Of a stretch of DNA of 64,000 bases, positions 39,687 through 50,419 are shown piece by piece. A program made the translations under genes and the position numbers. Position 1 is the stretch's first letter. The number at the start of each line of letters is the position of its first letter. The notes under the pieces are model-generated. The model was not told the DNA's origin. It ran no database searches and saw only the letters and a program-made list of their open reading frames with translations. Origin of the DNA: Promethearchaeota archaeon (lineage in GTDB: Archaea; Asgardarchaeota; Lokiarchaeia; Sigyniarchaeales; SOKP01); assembly GCA_030599585.1 (NCBI GenBank), contig JAUVNS010000003.1:1-64000 (forward strand), in the 5' to 3' direction.

Positions 39687-42572
39687 ATGAATCATAATTC
39701 TATTATTATTAAAGGAGCAAGACAAAATAATTTAAAAAATATTGATGTTACAATTCCAAGAAATAAATTAGTAGTGATTACAGGAATTAGTGGTAGCGGT
39801 AAATCTAGCTTAGCTATGGACACATTGTATGCTGAAGGTCAAAGACGGTTTCTTGAGTCATTATCAAGTTATGCCAGACAATTTCTTGGTGAAATGGATA
39901 AACCCGATGTAGACTCAATAGAAGGTCTATCTCCTGCCATAGCTATTGAGCAAAAACCGTTGTCAAAGAACCCGCGAAGTACTGTAGGAACTGTTACAGA
40001 AATATATGATTATTATAGACTATTATTTGCCAATATTGGGATTCCTCATTGTCCCAACTGTGGTAAAGAAATTACACCCCAAACACCTCAGCAAATAATT
40101 CAACAAATATTAGATTCTATAGAAGAGAATCAAAAATTTATGATTAAAGCACCCGTTATCCGAGATCGCAAAGGTGAATATAAAGACCTTCTTAAAGATC
40201 TCAAAAGACAAGGATATGTCCGGGTTGAGGTAGATGGGATTCAATATACTTTAGACGAAGAAATTCCTATGGACAAGAATATAAAACATAATATTAATGT
40301 AATTCTTGATAGATTAGTAATGAAAAAGGACATAAAAACCAGATTAGCAGATTCAATCGAAAGTGCTTTAAATCTAGCGGAAGGAATCGTTGTTGTAGAA
40401 GTTCTTGACAAGAAAGAGCAAACTTATTCTGAACATTTAGCGTGCATTGATTGTAGCATTTCTTTTCCACCTATTAATCATAAAATGTTCTCATTTAACA
40501 TACCACATGGTAGTTGCAAATATTGTAGTGGATTAGGAACTGTAATGGAATTCGATTACGAATTGGTATTAGGAAAAGATTCTGATATTCCACTTCAAGA
40601 AACTCCGATTAGAAAAATACCTGGGTTTGGTACTTTAACGGGATATTTTTGGCAATCCGTGAGACAAGTTGCTGAACATTACAAATTTGATACAGATAAA
40701 ACAAAGATAAAGAATATTGATCCAAAAAAGCTGCATAAGATTTTATTTGGAACGGATGATGAAGTAATAGAATTTCATTTCGAAAGCGAAAACAATGGTT
40801 TTGGAAATCAAAAAAATGAAATAAAATCATCGTATCATGTTGCTAGACCTTTCGAAGGGCTAATTCCTATGTTGCATAGAAGATATATGGAAACACGTTC
40901 AGAGTGGGCTCGCGATGTATACGAAAGTTTTATGAATCGAATTGATTGTCCACAGTGTAAAGGTCAAAGACTAAGACCAGAAAGTCTATCAATCATCATA
41001 AATAATCTTAATATTGCTGAATTATCCGATTTATCTGTCAAAGACTCATTGAATTATTTTAAAAAATTAAAGTTGAACGAGCGTCAAAAAAAGATCATCA
41101 AGGATGTATTAAAAGAAATTTTAGATAGGCTATCTTTCTTAGAAAATGTTGGATTGGATTACATAACTTTAAGCCGAAGATCACACACTCTCTCTGTAGG
41201 AGAAGCTGAAAGAATTAGGCTGGCAACTCAACTCGGTTCACGTCTAGTTGGTGTGCTGTATGTGTTAGATGAACCTTCTGTAGGTTTACACCAACGAGAT
41301 ATCTCCCAATTGATACAAATGTTAAAGAAATTAAGAGATTTAGGGAATACCGTAATCGTTGTAGAACATGACGATGAAATTATGCGTAATGCCGATCATA
41401 TTATAGATCTTGGACCTTTAGCAGGCGAGAACGGGGGAGAAATCGTTGCTGAAGGCCCTATTGAAGTTATTTTAGAATCAAAAACTTTAACTGGTAAATA
41501 TTTATCAGGGAAAAAAAAGATTGAAGTCCCTAAAAAAAGACGAACCACTAACGGCGAATTTATTGAAATTAAAGGTGCGCGAGAAAATAACCTAAAAAAT
41601 ATAAATATCAAGATCCCTTTGGGTATATTTACATGTATTACAGGTGTTTCTGGAGCGGGAAAAACAAGTTTGATAATAGATTGTTTATACAAGGGACTAC
41701 ATAATATTATAAATACTCGCAGTTCACGTTTAAGTACGGGCGATTTTGACGAATTGATAGGTCACGATAAGATTGATAAAATAATTAACATAGATCAATC
41801 TCCAATTGGAAGAACTCCTCGGTCGGTCCCAGCTACATATACTAAAGCATTAGATTATATAAGAGACATTTTCGCTAGACTTGAAGAATCAAGAGAGAGG
41901 GGTTATAAGAAAGGGAGATTCAGCTTCAATACTAAAGAAGGGCACTGTAAAAAATGTAAAGGAACAGGATACATCCTTAAAGAGATGTATTTTCTTCCGG
42001 ATGTTTACATTAGATGCGATTTGTGCAACGGAAAGAGATATAACGCTGAAACCTTAGAAATTAAATTTAAGGGAAAAACGATTTCAGAGGTGCTTAAAAT
42101 GACGTTTCATCAAGGGTTAGAATTTTTCGATAGCATTCCAAATTTAAAACGAACATTAAAAACTGTAGTGGATGTTGGATTAGGATATCTAGAGTTGGGT
42201 CAATCTTCAACTACCTTGAGCGGAGGTGAATCTCAACGTTTGAAAATAGCAAGGGAACTAAGGAAAACAAGCACAGGGAATACATTATATATACTTGATG
42301 AACCAACTACGGGATTGCATGCCTATGACATAAATTTTTTATTGAAAGTACTTCAAAAATTGGTTGATAAAGGTAATACTGTAATAGTAATAGAGCATAA
42401 TATGGATGTAATTAAATCTTCAGATTATATTATTGACCTTGGACCAGAAGGAGGAGAAGGTGGAGGGTCTATTGTCATTGAAGGCGTACCTGAATCGATT
42501 ATAGATTTTAAAGAATCATATACATCAACATATTTAGCGAAATATATAAATAATTCATCAAAATCGAAATAA
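39687..42572 (+). CDS. uvrA: Excinuclease ABC subunit A
   Basis: GARQNNLKN, GISGSGKSS, Zn fingers, LDEP x2, GVSGAGKT, LSGGE; ATG 39687 after AGGAG. Confidence 0.97.
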   Translation: MNHNSIIIKGARQNNLKNIDVTIPRNKLVVITGISGSGKSSLAMDTLYAEGQRRFLESLSSYARQFLGEMDKPDVDSIEGLSPAIAIEQKPLSKNPRSTVGTVTEIYDYYRLLFANIGIPHCPNCGKEITPQTPQQIIQQILDSIEENQKFMIKAPVIRDRKGEYKDLLKDLKRQGYVRVEVDGIQYTLDEEIPMDKNIKHNINVILDRLVMKKDIKTRLADSIESALNLAEGIVVVEVLDKKEQTYSEHLACIDCSISFPPINHKMFSFNIPHGSCKYCSGLGTVMEFDYELVLGKDSDIPLQETPIRKIPGFGTLTGYFWQSVRQVAEHYKFDTDKTKIKNIDPKKLHKILFGTDDEVIEFHFESENNGFGNQKNEIKSSYHVARPFEGLIPMLHRRYMETRSEWARDVYESFMNRIDCPQCKGQRLRPESLSIIINNLNIAELSDLSVKDSLNYFKKLKLNERQKKIIKDVLKEILDRLSFLENVGLDYITLSRRSHTLSVGEAERIRLATQLGSRLVGVLYVLDEPSVGLHQRDISQLIQMLKKLRDLGNTVIVVEHDDEIMRNADHIIDLGPLAGENGGEIVAEGPIEVILESKTLTGKYLSGKKKIEVPKKRRTTNGEFIEIKGARENNLKNINIKIPLGIFTCITGVSGAGKTSLIIDCLYKGLHNIINTRSSRLSTGDFDELIGHDKIDKIINIDQSPIGRTPRSVPATYTKALDYIRDIFARLEESRERGYKKGRFSFNTKEGHCKKCKGTGYILKEMYFLPDVYIRCDLCNGKRYNAETLEIKFKGKTISEVLKMTFHQGLEFFDSIPNLKRTLKTVVDVGLGYLELGQSSTTLSGGESQRLKIARELRKTSTGNTLYILDEPTTGLHAYDINFLLKVLQKLVDKGNTVIVIEHNMDVIKSSDYIIDLGPEGGEGGGSIVIEGVPESIIDFKESYTSTYLAKYINNSSKSK

Positions 42573-42590
42573 GAGAGTTCTCACAAACTT

Positions 42591-43337
42591 TTATTTAAAA
42601 TAGCATACTAATCCACCAAATTTCTTTACGCTAATACCCGCCTCAGATTCTTCATTGACGATTTTAGTTTTAATCTTAAGATTTTGTGCGATTTGTAAAA
42701 TTCGATGTGTCTTGTTTCTATTTTTTGGATTTTTTAGATATTCTTCAGTTAGAATTATGTAATTTGGTTTAGGTAAATTAGAATTTTGTTTAATAAGTCT
42801 TAGTTCATAATCGATTTCTCTCCACGAATAGAGAATCTTTGAAAACTTTTCATTTTTGTTAATTATTTCTGTCAATTCTTCTAGTATCAACAAAGCTTCT
42901 TGGTTTGAAGTTTCCCCTACGATGTCTTTAAAATAGTCTTGCGTTTTTAGGTAATACACATCCTTTTGAGTCTTCGCCTGATTACCTACGATCTTAGAAA
43001 AAACAACCCCTTGATTCCCCTTTTTTAATAACCATGAATGATGTTTATTAACATGGCTAAGAAATTCATCTGAATATTCTTCTTTCGGTGGGGAGAGTAG
43101 TATTACACTTCTAATTCCTTCTTTAATTATAGGTCTTAATACGTTAATGATTTCCTCATGAAAGTGAAATAAATGTTTTTTATTTTGATTTCTTCTTTTC
43201 CTTCCACGATTTATTTTAAAATGGGGTCTAATACTTTCACTGAATATTCTCCAAAATACAGCGTCGTTATCATGCAGACCAATAAGGATTGCTACTGGAT
43301 GACCGCGTCTTACGCGTTTCTTTCTTTTTTTAGACAT
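42591..43337 (-). CDS. Pelota/eRF1 domain 2-3-like protein lacking the N-terminal domain
   Basis: AILIGLHDNDAVFWRI, FHFHEEIINVL..VILLSP, C-terminal EAGISVKKFGGLVCY resembling pelota/eRF1 domain 3. Confidence 0.55.
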   Translation of the reverse strand: MSKKRKKRVRRGHPVAILIGLHDNDAVFWRIFSESIRPHFKINRGRKRRNQNKKHLFHFHEEIINVLRPIIKEGIRSVILLSPPKEEYSDEFLSHVNKHHSWLLKKGNQGVVFSKIVGNQAKTQKDVYYLKTQDYFKDIVGETSNQEALLILEELTEIINKNEKFSKILYSWREIDYELRLIKQNSNLPKPNYIILTEEYLKNPKNRNKTHRILQIAQNLKIKTKIVNEESEAGISVKKFGGLVCYFK

Positions 43338-43547
43338 GATAAAATAGTAGATTTAATGTTTCCTAATTTTTTTAAATTTCGTGTTAAATAAATTCAAGTA
43401 TTTGTTAAATATTCCAGATGTAGTTAAAAATAGCTAGCAGATGATTTTTACTTTTTCATTAAATAAAATCTATATCATATTATGCTTTCTATAATTATGA
43501 GAATTAATTAGATTTTTACCATTATTTTAAATCAAAAGTGAGTTTAA

Positions 43548-45359
43548 ATGGCGACTGAAACCGATAAAAAAATTTTAAGGGCTCCTATTGCTTCGATTTT
43601 AGGGCATATCGATCACGGTAAAACATCTCTGTTAGATTATATTCGAGGAACCGTAGTGCAACAAAGAGAGGCTGCAGGAATAACCCAACATATAGGAGCA
43701 TCTTATTTTCCTACTAAGGATATAAAAGAGTTCTTAAAGAAATCAAAGCAAGAATTTGCTGAAAAAGAAATTCAATTACCTGGCATTTTGATTATTGACA
43801 CTCCCGGACACGCTGCTTTTATGAACCTACGCAAAAGAGGGGGGGCTGTTGCGGATATAGCAATATTGGTTATCGATGTAACAGCCGGGAACATGCCAAT
43901 TACGTGGGAATCAGTTAGAATTTTACGCGAGCGGAAAGTACCATTTGTAATTGCTGCTAATAAAATCGATAGGATATCCGGGTGGAAATCTGTTAAAGAT
44001 GCTGATTTCTTAGATTCATATAATAAGCAAAAACCTCATGTAAGAGATTTTCTTGACGAAAAATTAATTCAAATTGGGATAGATTTCTTACAGGAAGGTT
44101 TTACAGGAATAGATCGATACGATAAGATTAAAGATTTTACTAAAAAAGTAGCAATCGTACCTACGAGTGCCAAAACAGGCGAGGGAATATCGACTTTATT
44201 GATGGTTTTAATGGGATTAGTGCAACAATTTTTAACTGAAAACTTGAAATTTAGTGAAGGACCCGCTAAAGGCGTAGTTTTAGAGGTAAAGAAAGAAAAA
44301 GGCCAAGCAATAACTATGGATGTCCTAATTTACGACGGAGTAATCAAGAAAGGCGAAGAATTCATTGTTGGTGGCTTAGAAAAACCTATTAAGTCGAAAG
44401 TAAGAGCTTTACTCATACCGAAACCTCTAGATGAGATAAGAGATCCTAGACAAAAATTTGATTCCGTAGACATAGTAAGTGCGGCAGCGGGGATTAAAAT
44501 TCTCGCCCCTAATCTAGAGAATGTTGTTGCTGGTTCTCCATTTAGAGGAATTGGTGATGATCCTTCACAAGAAGAAATAGTATACAACGAAATTGAATCT
44601 GAGGTAGAAAGTATTCGAATTAAAACAGATAAAGCCGGGGTTGTGTTAAAAGCAGATACTTTAGGTTCTCTTGAAGCATTAGAAAATCATTTCACAAAGA
44701 ATGGTGTTAAGATAAGCATTGCTGATGTGGGTCCGATTAAGAAAGAAGATGTCATGAATGCGAATTTAGTTAAAATTCTTGATCCGTATTCAGCAGCCGT
44801 TTTAGGTTTTAATGTGGCTATTCTACCTGATGCAAAAGAACAAGCTATAACAGACAATATTAGAATTTTCACGAATAATGTCATTTACAGATTGTTGGAA
44901 GATTATATAGAATATGCTGAGATACGAAAAGCAGAGGAGACTGCTAAAGGATTAAGCGAATTAATATTACCTGCCAAGCTAAAAATGATTCCCGATTTTA
45001 TATTTAGAAACTCCGATCCCGCAGTATTTGGAGTTCACGTTGAAGAAGGTACTTTATATCCTAAAGTAATGTTAATCACTGCTGACGGAAAGAAAGCGAG
45101 AAGAGTTCACCAAATTCAAGATAAAGGTAAAACTTTAGAAAAAGCCGTAAAAGGTTCCGAAGTAGCAATATCTATTCGCGGCATTGAGATAGGGAGAGAT
45201 ATCGATAAAGACGAAACTTTGTTCGTTAATGTACCTGAATCTCACGTGAGACAGTTAATGGGAAAATTCCTAGATGAATTAACCGTGGACCAAAAACAAG
45301 CTTTACGAGAATATATTATCCTCCAAAGGTCGATGCAACACCCGTGGTGGGGTATGTAA
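43548..45359 (+). CDS. infB: Translation initiation factor aIF5B (IF-2)
   Basis: LRAPIASILGHIDHGKT, ITQHIGA, DTPGH, NKID, KADTLGSLEAL. Confidence 0.97.
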   Translation: MATETDKKILRAPIASILGHIDHGKTSLLDYIRGTVVQQREAAGITQHIGASYFPTKDIKEFLKKSKQEFAEKEIQLPGILIIDTPGHAAFMNLRKRGGAVADIAILVIDVTAGNMPITWESVRILRERKVPFVIAANKIDRISGWKSVKDADFLDSYNKQKPHVRDFLDEKLIQIGIDFLQEGFTGIDRYDKIKDFTKKVAIVPTSAKTGEGISTLLMVLMGLVQQFLTENLKFSEGPAKGVVLEVKKEKGQAITMDVLIYDGVIKKGEEFIVGGLEKPIKSKVRALLIPKPLDEIRDPRQKFDSVDIVSAAAGIKILAPNLENVVAGSPFRGIGDDPSQEEIVYNEIESEVESIRIKTDKAGVVLKADTLGSLEALENHFTKNGVKISIADVGPIKKEDVMNANLVKILDPYSAAVLGFNVAILPDAKEQAITDNIRIFTNNVIYRLLEDYIEYAEIRKAEETAKGLSELILPAKLKMIPDFIFRNSDPAVFGVHVEEGTLYPKVMLITADGKKARRVHQIQDKGKTLEKAVKGSEVAISIRGIEIGRDIDKDETLFVNVPESHVRQLMGKFLDELTVDQKQALREYIILQRSMQHPWWGM

Positions 45360-45976
45360 TGATTGAAATTCGCAAAATTTTGCATCTTCCCGTCGATAAA
45401 TTAAAAACTGCTGGAATTATCCTTAGTAAGGCATTTAGTCAGGATCCTATTTTTAGTTATCTTATTCCGGATACTAAACATCGATTAAAAACACTTAATC
45501 TTTATTTTCAACATGTTATCAAATATGGTTTACGTTATGGAGAAGTATACTCATCTCCAAATTTAGAAGGTATTTCTATTTGGTTACCACCAAAGAATTC
45601 ATCTCACACCAGATGGAAAGCAATAAAAACGGGGGCATTAGTTCTGCCCTTAAAAGTTAAATGGAAATACCTGACTTTACAAAATAAACTTTATAAATTT
45701 ACAGATAATCTTCATAAAAAATTTGTTCCGTACCCGCATTGGTACTTATCTCTAATTGGAGTAGGACCCATCCATCAAGGAAAGGGTTTTGGACAACAGC
45801 TATTATCTACAACTATTAATAGAATTGATCTAGAATACAAACCAATTTATCTTGAAACGAATAAAGAAAAAAATATAGAAATTTTTAAGCGGTTCGGCTT
45901 TCGCATCCTTCAAAAAGTTATTGTTCCAGGTACTGAGATTTTTCATTGGAGTCTTTTAAGGAACCCAAGTAAATAA
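45359..45976 (+). CDS. GNAT family N-acetyltransferase
   Basis: AFSQDP, HWYLSLIGVGPIHQGKGFG, YLET, RFGF; ATG overlaps aIF5B stop. Confidence 0.9.
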   Translation: MIEIRKILHLPVDKLKTAGIILSKAFSQDPIFSYLIPDTKHRLKTLNLYFQHVIKYGLRYGEVYSSPNLEGISIWLPPKNSSHTRWKAIKTGALVLPLKVKWKYLTLQNKLYKFTDNLHKKFVPYPHWYLSLIGVGPIHQGKGFGQQLLSTTINRIDLEYKPIYLETNKEKNIEIFKRFGFRILQKVIVPGTEIFHWSLLRNPSK

Positions 45977-46105
45977 AGAATTTGTATGAAAGTTGAAGTT
46001 AATTGGATAAAAATGCTTAAGTTAATAGAATTTATTTAAATTCTGAATACCTTTATATAATAAGAACAATTTTTACTTCAATCAACGCTTCCAAATCATT
46101 CACGC

Positions 46106-47560
46106 ATGACTTTAATAAATACAATCTTTGAAGAAGTTTTAGAAGATATTATTCCAACCCAACTTGAACTCACTTTAATCAATGATATCATTAAAAAACT
46201 CATAAAATTATTAAATGAGAAAGCTCAACAATTAGAAATCAAATATACAAAAATTGAACCTCAAGGCTCAACAGGAATCAAACAAACGCAATTAAAAAAC
46301 GATTTTGACATAGATCTATTTGTTGGACTCGATTATAAGTTATATAAACCAAAATACGAAGGTTTAAGCAAAAATAAATTAAAAAAAGCATCTAAGAAAG
46401 ATTTTCTTAATTTGTGTAATAATTGGATAAAAAAATCGTTAACTCTAAAAGAATTTAGCAATCCACGGCTCCTTTATGCTGAACATCCTTATGTAACGGT
46501 TGACTACTTAGCTGAAAATTATAAAATTAAAATTGACATCGTTCTTTTTTTCGATTTAGATTTAGATTTTATAAGTAATTATGGACCCGTAACGGCAGTT
46601 GATAGATCACCTTGGCATGGTCATTTTATCAAAAATAATTTAACGGAAGAACAAAAGAATGATGTAAGAATATTAAAGCAGTTTTTCAAAGCTAATCATT
46701 GCTACGGTGACAAAAGTGCTGTCGGAAAAGTGGGATTCATTGGCTATAGTGCAGAATTGCTTATAGCTCATTACAAAACTCTGCAAAATTTGTTTTCTAA
46801 TTTCAGTTTACTTAGAGACAACCCTATTGATTTTCATAATAGATCCATTGATGATTTAAGAAAGATTCACCATTTTCAAAACGATTATCTCATCGTTACT
46901 GATCCTATTGATAAGAATCGAAATGTAGCTTCAGCAATTTCAGAAAAGGCATATAAATATTGTAATCAGAGAGTCAAGGAATTTCTAGATAATCCCAATA
47001 AGAAGTTCTTTGTTATAGAAGAAATTCCGGAAATAAATATCTCCACTATAGATAGGTCCCTTGTTGATAATATTTTCATAGTCGAGCTTAAAAACGAAAA
47101 CACTGAGATTCATTATACGATTAATCGAGATAAATTATACTCCATAGGGGATAATATAAAATCGAAGGGAGAAAAAGAATTCTCGCACGCTCAGCGATTT
47201 GGTAAAATAGAATTTGAAGTGTATTTTGAAGCAGATCATGAGGATTATAATATCGCTATTTACTGCGAATATCCCGAAATAGAGAAATCTTATCTACGTC
47301 GAGGCCCTCTAAGTAAAGATATTATCCACTCAGACAAATTTAAACAAAAGAATCCCGGTTGTTTCGAGAAAGACGGCTACTTATGGGTAAAAACTATAAG
47401 AGATTATGACATTTTTATAGATTATTTAAAAAATTTCGTCACAAACAAAATTCCAGATAATTTAAGAATTGTTAATTTATCGAATTCTAAAGAAACCGTG
47501 ACAAAACCAGGTAAAAGAAGTATCTACGTCTTGGTAAATATGGTTTTACCTTTTGTCTAA
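46106..47560 (+). CDS. cca: CCA-adding enzyme (class I, archaeal)
   Basis: QGS...DFDIDLF, YAEHPYV, TAVDRSPWH, GYSAELL, DPIDKNRNVASA. Confidence 0.93.
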   Translation: MTLINTIFEEVLEDIIPTQLELTLINDIIKKLIKLLNEKAQQLEIKYTKIEPQGSTGIKQTQLKNDFDIDLFVGLDYKLYKPKYEGLSKNKLKKASKKDFLNLCNNWIKKSLTLKEFSNPRLLYAEHPYVTVDYLAENYKIKIDIVLFFDLDLDFISNYGPVTAVDRSPWHGHFIKNNLTEEQKNDVRILKQFFKANHCYGDKSAVGKVGFIGYSAELLIAHYKTLQNLFSNFSLLRDNPIDFHNRSIDDLRKIHHFQNDYLIVTDPIDKNRNVASAISEKAYKYCNQRVKEFLDNPNKKFFVIEEIPEINISTIDRSLVDNIFIVELKNENTEIHYTINRDKLYSIGDNIKSKGEKEFSHAQRFGKIEFEVYFEADHEDYNIAIYCEYPEIEKSYLRRGPLSKDIIHSDKFKQKNPGCFEKDGYLWVKTIRDYDIFIDYLKNFVTNKIPDNLRIVNLSNSKETVTKPGKRSIYVLVNMVLPFV

Positions 47561-47715
47561 ACTCCTTTTTTTTGCTCTTTCGCGGGATTTAGAATAGTTC
47601 ATCAAATGTTCAAGAGTCCATTCATAGTTTAGCATTAAAAACTAATTATGCATCTTTACCTTATTTTAATTAATAACAAAAAACAAGAAAAATAAAAAAA
47701 AGGAGGTAAAAACAA

Positions 47716-47787
47716 ATGGAAAGAACCAATATTAAAGCCTTAAAAGCTAAAATGAACTACAAAACTTTGAATTTTGTTGTAAGATAA
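47716..47787 (+). CDS. Putative 23-aa micro-ORF 1
   Basis: AGGAGGT SD at 47701-47707 then ATG; MERTNIKALKAKMNYKTLNFVVR. Confidence 0.45.
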   Translation: MERTNIKALKAKMNYKTLNFVVR

Positions 47788-47862
47788 GCATGAAATAAAT
47801 TCTTTTTTTAACATTTTATTTTAATTTAAAAATACCAAAAACCCCATAAAAGGTAAATAAAA

Positions 47863-47934
47863 ATGGATAAGTATGAAAGAAAAACAATAATAATAAAATC
47901 TGATAGCGCTTTTCCTGAGCGTATAAATTTTTAA
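47863..47934 (+). CDS. Putative 23-aa micro-ORF 2
   Basis: AAGGT SD then ATG; MDKYERKTIIIKSDSAFPERINF. Confidence 0.3.
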   Translation: MDKYERKTIIIKSDSAFPERINF

Positions 47935-48161
47935 TTACGATTTCTTCTAAAGAAATATACTAATTTTTCGTAGGTTACCGATTAATTATCAAGATTTGTC
48001 ACTCTAATTTATAAAAAAACAATTAATAAATCTTTTGAGTTAGCGGTAGATTGCTTTTTCCATAAAATTTTTATGATTTTATTAATTTACTATTTTAAAT
48101 ATTATTCTTATTATTTCATAGTTAATTACTATGATCTTTAAGTTAAAAGAGAGAAAATGAA

Positions 48162-50414
48162 ATGGTTAAAGTAAAAAATCCCGAAGAGATCGCACGCCTC
48201 ATTACATCAGGTTCATTTGAGAAAAAACGGTTGTTTTCAATAGTAGCTCATATAGACCATGGTAAAACCACCGCAAGCGACTATTTGTTAAGACGTGCGG
48301 GATTAATGAGGGAAGAGGACGCCGGACAACTTCAGATGACTGATTCTGACGAAGAGGAGCAGGCAAGAGGAATTACTATTTTTACGAGTGTTGTTTTGTT
48401 AGCATTCAATGATCCAAGAAAACCGGATGAAGATGAACCATACATCCTCCAAATTAATGATACCCCGGGACATATTTCTTTTACCGGAGAAGTCTCGCGT
48501 GCTCTTAGAGGTAGCGATGGGGCAATAATTCTCGTTGATGCTTTAGAAGGAGTTATGACTCAAACGGAGACAAATATCCGATTATCCGTTGGTGAAGAGT
48601 ATTGCAAACCTGTATTATTTGTTAATAAGGTAGATCGGTTAATAAGTGAGCTTAAATTAAGTCCACAAGATACCTTCGCAAAAATTGATAAAATATCAAA
48701 ACAGGTAAATGAATTAATCAAAAAGATTAGACCTAAAGGATCGGGTTGGACCGTTGATTTTGCAAAAAACAGTGTTGCTGTTGGCTCAGCGAAACACGGC
48801 TGGGGGTTTACGTACGAAATTTTAATAGAAAAAGGTTTAACACCACAAGATGTATTCGCAAAATATAAAGAAGGCGACATTCAGTGGCTAAGAGAAAATC
48901 TTCCACTTGACGAGCCTATGTTAAGGATGGTTGTAGATCACTTACCTAATCCTGTTGAAGCTTCAAAGTATAGAATCCCTCACATATGGGGGGGTGATTT
49001 AGAATCAGAACTAGGACAATCACTTCAAAAGTGTGATCCTAATGGACCTCTCTATGGTATGATTACAAAAATATTCTTAGACCCCCGAAGAGGGTATCAA
49101 CCTACTCTTATAGGTCGTGTTTTTTCTGGTACATTCCGATCCTCGGACTCGATCTATTTGGTAAATAACAGAAAAACTAATCGAGTAAAGCGATTGGGAG
49201 TCATGGAAATTACAGATCTATTAGATATCCCAAAAATTCCTGCAGGAAATTTGTTTGCTTTATACGGTTTTATTTGTCCCTCTGGAGAGACATTTATGTC
49301 AGCTAGTGATGTCCCAAAGGATAAAAAAGAAGCTTTACTTCTGCCGTCTTTTGAAAAAATCCAATATGCATGCGAACCCGTAGTTTCAAGAAGTATAAAA
49401 CCAAAAGACCCTCACGAAATCGACAAATTAGATACGGTAGTAAGTAAGTGGCTCCAAGCAGATCCTACTGCGATGTATCGGCGGGACAAAGAATCTGGAG
49501 AGTTCATTTTAAGTGGAATCGATCCGCTTCAAATTGAAATCCTTACCAAACGGATCAATATCCAAGTTCCAATTATAATCGGTGAACCGATTATAGTGTA
49601 TCGAGAAAAAATTACTAAGAGAAGCAGAAATTTTTATACAAAATCAGCTAATTCCCATAACCGCATATTGTTATACATTGAACCGCTGGACGAGATTACA
49701 GAAAAACTAATTGACTCTGGAAAAATAACAGATTTGATGCACGATAAGGATAGAGCTAAAATCTTGAGAGAGGAAGCAGGTTGGGACGCAAAAGAAGCTA
49801 GAAGGATCGTTGATGTATACCAAGGAAGTTTACTCGTAAATGGTACCTCAGGATTACAAAGGTTTGATAAAGTTAAATCTTATTTAACGGCCGCTTTTAG
49901 GGATTGGCTTGGAGAATGTATTCTTGCGAAAGAACCAGCAGCAGGATTTAAAATAGTTTTCACAGACATGACTATTCATGAAGACACTCGCCATACATCT
50001 TATGGTCAAATTGCTGGTATGACATTTTCAGCGATGTCTCTTGCAATGTTGGACGCTGATCCTCATCTTTTTGAACCTATTCAGAGAATTGACGTGAAAA
50101 CTCCAGATGGGTCAGAGGGACCAGTAAATGCTATTATAAACAGACGACGTGGCAAAATTACGAATGTGGTTCCAGAAGGAGAATATGTAAGAGTTTATGG
50201 TGTAATTCCCGCAGCTGAAACTATTGGTATAGCGGACGATATACGAGGTTCTACTCAAGGAAGAGCGTTTTTTGGATACGAATTTTCGGGTTTTGAAAAA
50301 GTACCGAATAGTTTAGAAGAAGATCTTATCCTCGAAATTAGGAAGAGGAAAGGTATGCCAGATCATTTGGCTAATACTTCAAGCTGGGATCGATTTATTT
50401 ACAAAAAAACTTAA
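48162..50414 (+). CDS. fusA: Translation elongation factor aEF-2 (or aEF-2 paralog) with non-canonical diphthamide loop
   Basis: AHIDHGKTT, RGITI, DTPGH, NKVD; HEDTRHTSYGQ in place of HEDxxHRGxxQ. Confidence 0.93.
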   Translation: MVKVKNPEEIARLITSGSFEKKRLFSIVAHIDHGKTTASDYLLRRAGLMREEDAGQLQMTDSDEEEQARGITIFTSVVLLAFNDPRKPDEDEPYILQINDTPGHISFTGEVSRALRGSDGAIILVDALEGVMTQTETNIRLSVGEEYCKPVLFVNKVDRLISELKLSPQDTFAKIDKISKQVNELIKKIRPKGSGWTVDFAKNSVAVGSAKHGWGFTYEILIEKGLTPQDVFAKYKEGDIQWLRENLPLDEPMLRMVVDHLPNPVEASKYRIPHIWGGDLESELGQSLQKCDPNGPLYGMITKIFLDPRRGYQPTLIGRVFSGTFRSSDSIYLVNNRKTNRVKRLGVMEITDLLDIPKIPAGNLFALYGFICPSGETFMSASDVPKDKKEALLLPSFEKIQYACEPVVSRSIKPKDPHEIDKLDTVVSKWLQADPTAMYRRDKESGEFILSGIDPLQIEILTKRINIQVPIIIGEPIIVYREKITKRSRNFYTKSANSHNRILLYIEPLDEITEKLIDSGKITDLMHDKDRAKILREEAGWDAKEARRIVDVYQGSLLVNGTSGLQRFDKVKSYLTAAFRDWLGECILAKEPAAGFKIVFTDMTIHEDTRHTSYGQIAGMTFSAMSLAMLDADPHLFEPIQRIDVKTPDGSEGPVNAIINRRRGKITNVVPEGEYVRVYGVIPAAETIGIADDIRGSTQGRAFFGYEFSGFEKVPNSLEEDLILEIRKRKGMPDHLANTSSWDRFIYKKT

Positions 50415-50419
50415 AAATT

